Shown here: one piece after another, positions 13,001 to 24,137 of the stretch
Numbering within the stretch: the first letter of the stretch is position 1
Layout of the letters: every line of letters starts with the position of its first letter
Assembly (NCBI GenBank): GCA_002269645.1
Contig: NIVC01002659.1
Span: forward strand, 87,912 to 151,911
From: Macrostomum lignano
Lineage: Eukaryota
Length of the DNA: 64,000 nucleotides
Direction of reading: 5' to 3'
The notes under the pieces: model-generated
Seen by the model: only the letters and a program-made list of their open reading frames with translations
Databases searched by the model: none
Told to the model about the DNA's origin: nothing
Translations under genes and position numbers: made by a program

Positions 13001-16000
13001 GTGGGGATTCTGCACTGAGTGAGATCCCTACCTTTGTGTTTATGGGGATATTGCACTGAGTGATATCCCTTCCTGTGTGTTTATGGGGATTCTACACTGA
13101 GTGATATCCCTTCCTGTGTGTTTATGGGGATTCTGCACTGAGTGAGATCCCTTCCTGTGTGTTTATGGGGATTCTGCACTGAGTGAGATCCCTACCTTTG
13201 TGTTTATGGGGATATTGCACTGAGTGATATCCCTTCCTGTGTGTTTATGGGGATTCTGCACTGAGTGAGATCCCTTTCTGTGTATGAGGATTCTGTTCAT
13301 AGGGTGAGTGTCCATAGGGAGAGTGTCTATAGGGTGAGTGTCTATAATAAGGTGAGTGTCTATATGGTGAGTGTCTATAGGGTGAGTGTCTATAGGATGA
13401 GTGTCAATAGGGTGAGTGTCTAAAGGGTGTGTCTATAGGATGTCTATAGGGTGAGTTTCCATAGGGAGGGTGTCTATAGGGAGACTGTCTAAAGGGAGAG
13501 TGTCTATAGGGTGAGTGTCTAAAGGGTGAGTGCCTATAGGGTGAGTGTCTATAGGGTGAGTGTCTATAGGGTGAGTGTCTAAAGGGTGAGTGTCTATAGG
13601 GTGAGTGTCTATAGGGTGAGTGTCTATAGGGTGAGTGTCTAAAGGGTGAGTGCCTATAGGGTGAGTGTCTATAGGGTGAGTGTCTAAAGGGTGAGTGTCT
13701 ATAGGGTGAGTGCCTATAGGGTGAGTGTCTATAGGGTGAGTGTCTATAGGGTGAGTGTCTAAAGGGTGAGTGTCTATAGGGTGAGTGTCTATAGGGTGAG
13801 TGTCTATAGGGTGAGTGTCTAAAGGGTGAGTGTCTATAGGGTGAGTGCCTAAAGGGTGAGTGTCTATAGGGTGAGTGCCTATAGGGTGAGTGTCTATAGG
13901 GTGAGTGCCTATAGGGTGAGTGTCTATAGGGTGAGTGTCTAAAGGGACAGTGTCTATAGGGTGAGTGTCTATAGGGTGAGTGTCTAAAGGGACAGTGTCT
14001 ATAGGGTGAGTGCCTATAGGGTGAGTGTCTATAGGGTGAGTGCCTATAGGGTGAGTGTCTATAGGGTGAGTGTCTAAAGGGACAGTGTCTATAGGGTGAG
14101 TGCCCATTACTTCGGGTAAAAATTAGCTATTTACTGTTGACAGGAACTTCGACACGCAATTTGCGTTCTCAATTCTGCTTTCCGTATTTCCTCTAAACAA
14201 CAGCAAAAAGTGACTTTGCTTCAACAGCTCGGGCCGTTTAAACAAAATATAATCACCGCCTTAAACGAACCACGTACTCCGAGGGAGAACTCAGCAAAGA
14301 AGTTTCAATAAGAGCAACCTTATCCCCTGAAACAGGCTCCCCCCACCCATCTGCTTGCCTTCGCTGGCCAGGCAACCAAAAACCACAGGCCGCACCCTTT
14401 TTGAAAGCACTCTGGGGCTCTGGAAAAGCATGGAATCATCATTTTCGTCTAAAATATCAAAAATAAAATAGATGCAATCTTAAAAGTGTCAAATGCATTT
14501 CATTATGAAGCAAAATGGATGAAAGCTTTCTGACCGCCCTTTTGAGCCTTCCAATGCTAGCTATACCCCCCCCCACATCATGCCCCTCACTCGCCTCACT
14601 CCCTGCCTCTCACCCACCTCACTCCCCTGCTCCTCACCCACCTCACTCCCCTGCTCCTCGCCCACCTCACTCCCCTGCCCTACATCTCACTCCCCTGCCC
14701 TACATCTCACTCCCTGCCCTACATCTCACTCCCCTGCCCTACATCTCACTCCCCTGCCCTACATCTCACTCCCCTGCCCTACATCTCACTCCCCTGCCCT
14801 ACATCTCACTCCCCTGCCCTACATCTCACTCCCCTGCCCTACATCTCACTCCCCTGCCCCTCATCCACCTCACTCCCCTGCTCCTCGCCCACTTCACTCT
14901 CCTGCCCATCACCCACCTCACTCCCCTGCTCCTCACCCTCCTCATTCTCCTGCTCCTCATCCATCTCACTCCCCTGCCCTACATCTCATTCCCCTGCCCT
15001 ACATCTCACTCCCCTGCCCCGCACCCACCTCACTCCCCAGCCCCACACCTCACTCCTTAAACATTCTAAGTGCCACCAGATCAAGCTGTCCAAAGCCGCT
15101 ACACTGCATTTCAGCCGGGAGATTCGCGAAAAATGGGACGCGGAGTTTCTGCGCCAGCGTTGCCAGCTGATCGCTGCGCTCAGTCGCAGCCTCGAATACT
15201 TCACGGAGGGCATCATCTGGAGCGAGTCGACCGCCAGCTTGGGCCTCATGGACGACGCTATGGAGGCAAAAATTCGTGCCCTGACGGACGGACTGCCGCC
15301 TCAAGGCAGCTACGGCAGCATGTGGCACACACCTGCGCCCCTGACGCAACAGGTGCTGGTGCCGCAGCTGCTGCCGCACGCCAACTTGGTGGTGCAGCAG
15401 TCGGTGTTAATCCAACTATCAATCATCGGATATTCTTTCTACGATGGTGCCAAAGTTCGGTTCAGGTGTTCGGTAAGGCTGTTTCTGATAGTAAAACTTT
15501 TGAAAGTGCTCTTGATAAGGTGCTGATAAAATATTGTTATCTTCAGTCATTCGCTCGTATCTACGAGTAAGCTCTTATTGGTTCATTCAGAAAAATTTCC
15601 GAAAATTGAACAATTTTCGCACAATTTTAGGCAGTTTTGACTCGCCTGATAACAAGGTAAACGGAGTAATTAACTTTGGTTTATAGTCCAGGAAGGAAAA
15701 GGACGTTTGTTGAAAATTCTTAGTCACCCTGTCACTAGATACCGAACGCTTACTTCGCAATACTTGCGTAAAAGGGTGCATGAAAAAGTGCCACTAATTC
15801 TAATCTTTATTTTCTCATACGCAAACACAGACTTGTGACGTTGTTTTTAAATTCCAATAAAACTTCTGAGCCACTGTGGATCGGATGCGTCCATCTAGCC
15901 ACATTTCAGTTGAATGAATTTTCTGTGGAACTGTTGAGAGGTGGCCCTTCATTATAAATCCAGTTAGCCTCGATGTGCATGAAGTGAGGTGGATGCAGGG

Positions 16001-19000
16001 AGTGAGGTGGGTGCAGGGAGTGAGGTGGGTGCAGGGAGTGAGGTGGGTGCAGGGAGTGAGGTGGGTGCAGGGAGTGAGGTGGGTGCAGGGAGTGAGGTGG
16101 GTGCAGGGAGTGAGGTGGGTGCAGGGAGTGAGGTGGGTGCAGGGAGTGAGGTGGGTGCAGGGAGTGAGGTGGGTGCAGGGAGTGAGGTGGGTGCAGGGAG
16201 TGAGGTGGGTGCAGGGAGTGAGGTGGGTGCAGGGAGTGAGGTGGGTGCAGGGAGTGAGGTGGGTGCAGGGAGTGAGGTGGGTGCAGGGAGTGAGGTGGGT
16301 GCAGGGAGTGAGGTGGGTGCAGGGAGTGAGGTGGGTGCAGGGAGTGAGGTGGGTGCAGGGAGTGAGGTGGGTGCAGGGAGTGAGGTGGGTGCAGGGAGTG
16401 AGGTGGGTGCAGGGAGTGAGGTGGGTGCAGGGAGTGAGGTGGGTGCAGGGAGTGAGGTGGGTGCAGGGAGTGAGGTGGGTGCAGGGAGTGAGGTGGGTGC
16501 AGGGAGTGAGGTGGGTGCAGGGAGTGAGGTGGGTGCAGGGAGTGAGGTGGGTGCAGGGAGTGAGGTGGGTACAGGGAGTGAGGTGGGTGCAAGGAGTGAG
16601 GTGGGTGCAAGGAGTGAGGTGGGTGTGCGGACTGAGGAAGATGTTAATAAGCAAACGATGGAATCGTTAGGCTTCAGATCTCAGAAACGAGTTGTCAGGA
16701 ATGCCTCTCACGGACATGCGGCTGGATTGGCGATCTTCAGAGGGCTTCGTAACACAGACAGGACTCGTCATTTTAATTCCTTCTGTCCGGATAGTCAGAT
16801 ATTTAGCATTGTTTTGTATATCCTGTTTTTCGAAACTTTCTCTATCTTTATCGACTAGATAAATACGAAGTAAGTACGCAAAAATTAATCGGCATATCTT
16901 TGGTTGACCGATCCGTTCTAACCCGTTCATATGTTGTTCAAATGGTTGGAACTGCAGTTGTCGCTGTTAGTAGTATGTTTTCTTTGCTAATTTAGAATCA
17001 GCTTAGAGATGCTCTAAGCTCTAAACTATTTCTTGCACCAATAGTATAAACTTGGCCCTCAACCTAACGACCTGATCATCTCCGCCCCGACCACTGAGTT
17101 TTTTTACCCAGGCAGCATTGTTGAATTGCTGGGCAATGGACTTCCGGATGATCATTCCGCGGTCAACAGTTTTTTGCGACCATATTAAAATAATTAGATG
17201 GAGGCAATATCAAAGTTTTTTTTCTAGGATCATTCACGCGACTACGCTGGCGAGTCCCGTGACTCACGCAATTCCTAGCCCGTCCCGTGACTCATTCATT
17301 TCTTACCCAAGGACAACTGAAGTAGTAGGACGCGACACTCGCGTATCGTGTAATTTTTATTGGAGGCCTGGTCTTCACATATATGTAATTTTCGACTAGT
17401 TGCACGTAGAAAGCTAATTCTTTCGGTGTTAGGTCCAGAATTTTGTTTTTCGTTAAAATGTCAGTAATAAAATAGTAGACTACATGTATAAGCAGCGTAC
17501 AGTTAAGTAGAGTGAAAACAACGCAATTTCGTGCAATTTAAAATTTACAATTCCTGTCACAATTCCTGGTCAATTGCGAAAACGATTTTTTAGTTTGTAA
17601 ACTAATAATCTCATTAAGCAAGTGTAAAATAAAACAGTTTATGTATTTTAGAAAATTTCACTGTCAAATGCCATTTGTTTATTATTACGAGTATCAAAAA
17701 AGTGAATAAATTTTTGGCTTGCGTTAGAGTGAGACAAAACGGAAAACAAAAAAACTGATGAAAAACAATAGCAAACTCGACAAAGCATCTGCGACGAAGC
17801 AGAAATATACCTGAAGGACCTGGATCTGAAGCTATAATAAGTATTTAAAAAATTGCTTTGTAAACATGGTCTCTTGTTGACATTTGTGATATAAAGAAAC
17901 ATTGTTTGTCAGCAAAAAAGAAAACAAGAAAAACAGTATTTCACAAATCCAAATTAAAAAATGCATATTGTTATTGGCCATTAAAGGAACGTGGTATAAT
18001 TATTTTAATTAGTAGGTGAAGTCAGCTTATCAAGTTTAGTAAGAAATGAAAACCTGAATGATTTATTACAACACACACAGTCCTGTGCTCTATTTGTAGC
18101 GGTCGAATCCTAGGCTTATGTACGTAGAACTTTATACGGCTTACGGGCCTCCAAAAAAATTTCCACGAAAGCTGAGTGTCGCGTCCTATATATAACGTAA
18201 CTTCAGTTGTCCTTGTTCTTACCCCGTCCCGTGACTCACTCAATTCCTACCCCGTCCTGTGACTCACTCAATTCCTACCCCGTCCTGTGACTCACTCAAT
18301 TCCTACCCCGTCCTGTGACTCACTCAATTCCTACCCGTCCCCTGACTCACTCAATTCCTAGCCCGTCCCGTGACTCACTCAATTCCTACCCCGTCCCGTG
18401 ACTCACTCAATTCCTACCCCGTCCCGCGACTCACTCAATTCCTACCCCGTCCCGCGACTCACTCAATTCCTAGCCCGTCCCGTGACTCACTCAATTCCTA
18501 GCCCGTCCCGTGACTCACTCATTTCCTACCCCGTCCCATGACTTCGGGGGGAGTGGCTGCCTCGACTGGATTATCTGGGCGCTGGAAATACTTAATCGAA
18601 AAGAAACTAAAATTTTCTAAATCTAAATTTCTCTTTTTTATAAATAATTAATGCAACAAACAATTCGCAGCAATGCCCTAAGGAGTGGACTTCGATGAAG
18701 GGCCGGATCGTGTTCCACCTGTTCAGGCTGGAGGGCGCCACGCCTCTGCTGGATCCGCAGACCAGCGAGGTGCTGCTGCCAAGAGGGTACAGCCTGTACT
18801 TTCGGCTATTCAAACAGCAGTGCCACGAGACCAAGGGCCACCGGCAGGGAGAGCACACTGTGTTTGAGGAGCCACAGTGGTATCCTGAAGAAATTGAAAA
18901 GGTAAACTCTGGTTCTGAGGAGCCTGCGAACCTGGGAAGTGACTCTGCGAGTGACTCTGCGAGTGACTCTGCGAGTGACTCTGCGAGTGACTCTGCGAGT

Positions 19001-19317
19001 GACTCTGCGAGTGACTCTGCGAGTGACTCTGCGAGTGACTCTGCGAGTGACTCTGCGAGTAACTCTCTGAGTGACTCTCTCTGAGTGACTCTCTCTGAGT
19101 GACTCTCTCTGAGTGACTCTATGCTTTTCGCTTCTAGGTGCTGTACAACGTGTTCTGGCGCATCGGCCAAACCCTGTATAAGGTGAGCATCGGGGACAAG
19201 ACTGTGCAGATGTGGCGCCGAGCTGGCAATCCGAGCCAGAAGCACGACAAGAGCAGCTGCCAGGCCTGCCAGCAGGGCTTCTGCCAGGGCAAGGCAGCCC
19301 CGGCTCCCACTAACTAA
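10020..19317 (+). CDS. zf-3CxxC domain protein (receptor-transporting protein RTP-like), 4 coding exons, about 392 aa
   Basis: Exons 10020-10429, 15115-15472, 18671-18901 and 19138-19317 join in phase (GA|C, 0, 0) at GT-AG sites. The product has an Ala/Gln-rich N-terminus, then AKVRFRCSQCPKEWTSMKGRIVF...LFKQQCHE...FEEPQWYPEEIEKVLYNVFWRIGQ...HDKSSCQACQQGFC, matching RTP-like 3CxxC proteins. The start at ATG 10020 is inferred. Confidence 0.8.
10415..10954. repeat. 41-bp minisatellite built from the exon-1/intron-1 junction, left part
   Basis: Unit GGGGATTCTGCACTGAGTGAGATCCCTTCCTGTGTGTTTAT, about 13 copies. The first copy overlaps the exon end. Confidence 0.95.
10935..12806 (+). CDS. Non-LTR reverse transcriptase (RTE-like), N-terminally truncated
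   Basis: Uninterrupted 623-codon frame with motifs EQNGFRP, FIDFKKAFDSV, GVLQGDTLAPFLF, YADD, FVYLG, YNAETWTL and RRRRLQLAGH. Confidence 0.9.
   Translation: MFMGILHSGGLRLSRRPTREAEAALAAVYLQRQQAAVDDAIQAVSAAGPDARGRVAWSAINALTGRKRRNPLNLAGDTPDERRNELREFFAAIVNAPPPPLPDSLTLPPETPLPAEESFSVAPVNAADVVKLAQQSPGGKALGPDEVPIEALRIPCVAAEVARVMNRVLFGEAAPNEWTTAHIVAVPKKPGTTRLEDHRGICLQSCAAKLFNRMLLSRLQPVLDPYLRPEQNGFRPHRGTVAQILALRRVIEEARIRQSILILIFIDFKKAFDSVVRAVLPMVLRAYNVPEQLISAVMAMYRDTTAAVTTPDGLSDSFETSSGVLQGDTLAPFLFVLVLDWVLRTALPTDDDGFLLQRRVGRRQPEKRLSVLGYADDLALLSSTVEGAQRQLDRLVAVAASVGLVVNTQKTVVLCVPDDIEAAIFCRGADGQATELPRCQQFVYLGGLVPDAREDLRRRRGLAWAAFRSVRAVLQSEALPDRQRAALFQAVIETVLLYNAETWTLTDSLEQQVDAAHAGLLRAAFNIGVERVTNAALYRRAGLPRPSDLLRRRRLQLAGHLIRAESYCPQPVQEVLLLTLQAPYRRGQARTRRYVDCLLADAGAPDTAGGAAFVRAQAMKRAL
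10955..12854 (+). mobile_element. 5'-truncated RTE-like non-LTR retrotransposon inserted in the 41-bp array
   Basis: RT ORF to stop 12806. Short 3' UTR with an ACGCTG/CAGCGT stem and a (TTG)6 tail. TGCA is present at both junctions (10951-54, 12853-56). No endonuclease domain remains. Confidence 0.9.
12853..13285. repeat. 41-bp minisatellite, right part
   Basis: The same unit resumes directly after the TTG tail, about 10 copies. Confidence 0.95.
13298..14104. repeat. 15-bp minisatellite (CTATAGGGTGAGTGT)n
   Basis: About 53 copies, each containing a donor-like G|GTGAGT. Confidence 0.95.
14578..15058. repeat. C-rich 20/24-bp minisatellite (CCTACATCTCACTCCCCTGC; CACCCACCTCACTCCCCTGCTCCT)
   Basis: Tandem copies just upstream of the acceptor at 15114. 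Confidence 0.9.
15985..16628. repeat. G-rich 18-bp minisatellite (GGGTGCAGGGAGTGAGGT)n
   Basis: About 35 near-identical copies. Confidence 0.98.
17308..18215. mobile_element. 908-bp non-autonomous TIR element (P- or hAT-type MITE)
   Basis: Perfect 16-bp TIR CAAGGACAACTGAAGT (17308-23, 18200-15), further inverted subterminal blocks, and 8-bp TSD TTCTTACC (17300-07, 18216-23). Confidence 0.88.
18216..18540. repeat. 28-bp minisatellite (CAATTCCTACCCCGTCCYGTGACTCACT)n, with two more units left of the MITE (17255-17307)
   Basis: About 11 tandem copies. Confidence 0.93.
18937..19120. repeat. 12-14-bp minisatellite (GAGTGACTCTGC)n in RTP-like intron 3
   Basis: Direct tandem copies. Confidence 0.93.
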
Positions 19318-20732
19318 TTGAAAACTTTACGGCTTAGACTTTGGTACTTTTGCAGTTTTTGATGCACGATATGCTGAAATAGAGAAGACAGCTGGAGAAG
19401 AGTCATTGGACTACAATACTCATAGAAATGGAGTAGAGGCAGATGGCCCTTAATGAGGGGCGAATAGAAATGAGGTGGGTGTCAGGCTAGAAATTTTACC
19501 AGCCAATCAGCGCGTGCCTACTTTCTCGGGGTATAGAGATAACAGTTGATAAAAGCGTTGAACAGGGTAGGGGGTGCTGGAATTGAGGTGGGTGTCAGGC
19601 CAGAGATTTCACCAGCCAATCAGCGCGTGCCTACTTTGAGCGACGGGGTATAGAGATAACAGTTGATAAAAGCGTTGAACAGGGGGCGCTGAGATTTCAC
19701 TATCCAATCAGCGCGCGCCACATTAAAACGAGATGGCTATCGACAAAAAGGCTGGATACGAGCTATAACATGTTGAGACTGTAAGGCGAACTAATATTAA
19801 ACAAACACTCGTCTAAAACCTTCATGATGCGCCTTCGTGGCTCGAACACTCCAAATACTAAGCTCGCTTTTTTACAAAACCAAGGTAATCATTCAGATCC
19901 GGCTAGCTAGGACATTCGATATAACATATTATGATATTATATTTACAGGTGGCTACAATTCTCTCTAAATACTACTCAACAAATTTCCGATTTAGTAGCG
20001 TAGCAAGAACATGCGTACGACATTCCCTTAATTTAAATTTTCTTTCCAGTCAACAGTGAACTCGCTACTAAGAAGCTTCGTTATTCAATTGTTTTTACTT
20101 AAAAAAGCAGTGTGAATCTGACAATTTTTTTACGCTTTTGTTGTCTATCTAACAAATTATAGTCTAGCTATCTTACACATTTATTTATATTTCTAATCAT
20201 TTCTGAAAGCACTTTTCCTTAAGTTGGTGTCGGTCTGATCGATAAGAAATATATTTACTGAATTAATTCCCGCCTCTATAATTTGCTTCCCTCAATTTCT
20301 TGCGTCGCTGCTCACATGAAACAATATCGTTATAAACCGTTATGCTATACTATTAAATATATTTAATATACTTACAGGCTGTGAAGTCTATTAACTAGCG
20401 ACAGAATCAACTGTGTGCAAACGAAAAAGTTTTACATTTTTTACCTCCTTTATCTGAGATTGATGGAGATTAATGGATAATTTCTCATCTCGAAGGTAAA
20501 CGACTTTCCAAATCCGATCTCCTTAATGCATTTGTCTCGTCCCAAGGCTGTCTGCGGTAGAACATCATTATTTAATGAGGAGTGCATTCTGCAGGTTTAC
20601 CCCCGATTCACCGAATCCCGATTTGCCGATTCCCAGCTCGCCGAATTCACTATTACTATTACTCTATCCCTCGTTAAGGACTGACGTACATGCATATGTT
20701 TTCGAATATCTATGGCCAAAGCCCATCGAGTT

Positions 20733-20733
20733 G

Positions 20734-20782
<49 letters not shown>
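20733..20782. repeat. (GA)n microsatellite
   Basis: Direct observation. Confidence 0.9.
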
Positions 20783-20783
<1 letters not shown>

Positions 20784-22249
20784 AACGGTTTAAAGAAGCC
20801 GAGTCGTAGTCATTTTACAACTTGTCAGTCAACTGAAGTCCTTTCTCTTTTCCTGAACTCACTATCTATATAGCCACGAGAATAGCACTGTTTCGTAGGA
20901 CTTCCCGCGAGCTATATTTTCATAATAAAGAACGGAGAACTTCCTTTAAGCTGCAATGCCAGCCTTTAACTATTTTCCAAGAAACGAAAGGATTTCTCAG
21001 AAAATATATTACGCATTTATTAATACTTCCTTCACAAGCTTCGCAAGACACACAGATTGCGTGCACAAACAGTGCACAAAACAATCGTAGGAGATCCAGA
21101 CTTTGAACAGCTTACAGACTGGCTAAGTTCGTATATAAATGTCAAAAAATCGCTGATTAGATAGTGACCGTCACACACCGACATTTGTCTCTTACGAGCA
21201 TAGACACACAAGCTCAACTCGTTAAATAGTCTTTTTTATAACATAGGAGAGCAAAACCCGTCCTGTCGAGGACATGGGTGGGGGGGGCAGCTTCACGACT
21301 TGTTGTCGTGTCCAGCTGTAGCTGCAAGTCCCAACTCGACTTCTTATTCCAAAGTCTGAAAAGAAATGCAAAGCTGCGGCAGGTAAAAAGTTTCATAAAC
21401 AATAAGACAGAGAGACAGTAAGACAGGTGAGAGAAGAGACCGACCTCTTGAGCTGGTTTTTAGAAGCCAAACTTGAATGGAAGTGGATTCATGAAATTTT
21501 CTACGCCGATTTAAACAGAGACGAAAATGACAGAGAAAAGAGATTAAACTCTTCTCGCAATTTGCCTGTTCGTTGGGGCCATGTACACCAGTCCGGCGCA
21601 ATGTACATTCACGCTCCGGTCGAAAACTCTCTTACCTGGGGTTGGCTTGGGTTGGCCCGGCTAAAATCTGGCCGAAAGCCGGGGGTGGCTGGGCGATTCT
21701 TCGAAAAAGAATGGAAATGAAGGAACGAAAAGGCAGACGGACAGGCAGACAGGCAGAAACGGAAAGGCACAACAAACAGCCCTGATTGCCACTAATATGC
21801 TTGTACAGCTCAACGCTAACAACAAATTCTCGTCATCGGTTTCCATTTTTCTTCGAAAACTTTTTACTTGAGCTCTCTGGAGAAGCGCATCGGCTCTTCG
21901 ATTTTTACAACAGAAGCGTTCTCTAAGGTAAGTAAGTCTGCTGAGCTGAGAGCATCCCCATGGAATCGCAAACTCTATGGCTGGCAGCTTAGGCGTCTCA
22001 CTAATGTTTTTTTTCAAATAATAGATCATTCATAATCATAAATCCATAACGTGTATAAATGCGACTTTTATCACACTGTAGGCGAGCGATCGACACCGGA
22101 AACTGGGCGCCGATTGTAGGGCCGCAGCGCAGCGCAGTGCCAGCAAGAAGCAGCAAAAGTCTTCCAGCTGAGCTCAACACAGCGGCCGTTGGGCCGTCCC
22201 GGCCCGAGGCCAGGGAGGCGCAGAATCCGCAGCTCTCAAGGCAGCAATC

Positions 22250-22342
22250 ATGTCTGCCCCGTTGGAAAGTGGGAACAATAACGGGCCTGCTAGGAAAAAG
22301 CAGCAGCCGCCACCGACGCTGCCGAAGCAGCAACAACAGCAA

Positions 22343-22378
<36 letters not shown>

Positions 22379-23431
22379 ACGCAGCCGCACAGCCCCAGAG
22401 ACCGCAGGCGTCGAGGTACGCCGCCTCCGCTGGCGATGGTTTTCGTCGATCCGCCCTCGCTGGAAGCGACCACTCCAGACGGGTCAGCGGCGCCGGTGGT
22501 TGACAGCCTGTCGCTGGCTCTGGCGGAACTGCGCGGCAGCCGGCCGGGTCCGGCCAACTTTTTCGAAGCTCACGAACGGGTGGAACGAGGAGCAGCAGCC
22601 GCAGCTGCTGACGGTGGCATCGGTGGCGCAGCAGGTGGCGTAGGCAGCGCCTTGGATAGCGAATCCAGCAACGGGGTGATCAACCCCGACGACATGTTGA
22701 ACATCCGACAGCTGGCAAAGCGTTCGTCGTCGTTGAAATCCAAAAAGACGCCGCCCGGCACGCCGTCGCTGGTGAAGAAAGCCGTCCGCTTTGCCGACGC
22801 CTTCGGCCTGGAGCTCATCAACGTCAAGCACGTGCTGGACCCGGACAATCCGCCGGAAATTCCACCAGAAGCGATCAGCGACTTGGAACTGGGCGACGGC
22901 ACCGGAAGCGAGGATGCGGACACGGACTCGAATTTTCTCCCCGCCGTCGCCGCCGCGATTGGCGGAGACTCGCAGCAGCAGCAGCAGCAGCGCCTGCAAA
23001 CAACCCTCCGGCCGATGTTTTCACAGCCGGGCCACTCGGCGGGTTTCAACGCCCGCGTCATGGCCCAGAAGGTGGTGCTGGAGAGCGCCGCATACGCGCC
23101 CCTAACTGGAGAAATTTGCGGCTACATCTGCGTGGCGAATCTCGCTTTCGAGAAGTCGGTAACTGTGCGGGTCAGCTTCGACTCGTGGCGCAGCAGCTCG
23201 GAGGTCAATGCAGAGTACGTGCCGCACTCTAGCAGCGGCATGACTGACCGGTTCAGCTTCAGCCTGGCCCTGCCCGGCGGCCCGGCGGCTGTCACGTCGG
23301 CCCCGCCAGGCCGCTACCGGGTCGCCTTCTGCGTGGCCTACCGCACCTGCGGCCAGACCTTTTGGGACAACAACTTTGGCGAGAATTACGCGTTCGATTC
23401 TGTAGTTGACGCCTGGACTAATCGGATCTAA
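22250..23431 (+). CDS. PPP1R3: Protein phosphatase 1 glycogen-targeting regulatory subunit (PPP1R3 family, CBM21), intronless, 393 aa
   Basis: RVxF-type PP1 docking motif KKAVRFADAFGLEL, CBM21 motifs VANLAFEKSVTVRVSFDSW and FWDNNFGENY, and a poly-Q N-terminus. Confidence 0.93.
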
Positions 23432-24075
23432 AGCCGACATCCGACACTTTTCTTCACACTAGATGGCTTCAACTGTCCCTCAATCATGTCTCTTTCTCAC
23501 TTCCAGTTACACTTCTTGCTTGTCGGGCTTTGCTTAAAACCAATTCATGCGCTGTTCATGCGTCCGTTGTAAATCGCTCTGTCCACCTGAAGTATTCGCT
23601 GCTCCCCCGCTCCTTGCCACTCCCCAACCCTCTGTTTCTCGCGGCATCTGTCTTTCTTTAGTTGAAATTATTTGTACTTTTAGCTTGGCGTTTCATACCC
23701 GCTGTGTTGTCATTTTTTGTAAGTTTATTCGGCTTATTAATTTCTTACAGAACTTGCGAATCCGGTCCCTTCGGTCGATCACCAGCCGCCAGTTTGTCTT
23801 CATCATTCATTTTTTTGTTTCAGCTTTACTGACTGTCGCCATGGTAACACTAAAGAACTTTTGGAAAAAATTATTTTAAAAGCGAGGCTGGGAGATTACA
23901 GGCAGTGTTTTGTGTACACTGAGTGTACAATTTACATCGAGCAAAAAGAGTGACAGACAGAGAGCGTCTTTTTCTATATTTTTCGAATACTGCGTCCAAT
24001 TAATTGTAAGTTTTTTTCAGTTTTTGAAATCGCTGCGTTTTTACTGGTTTAAGTAAAATATCAGTGCGCTGGAGC

Positions 24076-24137
24076 CAAGGACTACTTAACAACTTAACAG
24101 TAAGCGTGTAACGTCCTGAGTTGTTAAGTAGTCCTTG
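24076..24137. mobile_element. 62-bp mini TIR element
   Basis: Perfect 19-bp TIR CAAGGACTACTTAACAACT, 24-bp spacer, and 8-bp TSD GCTGGAGC (24068-75, 24138-45). Confidence 0.85.
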
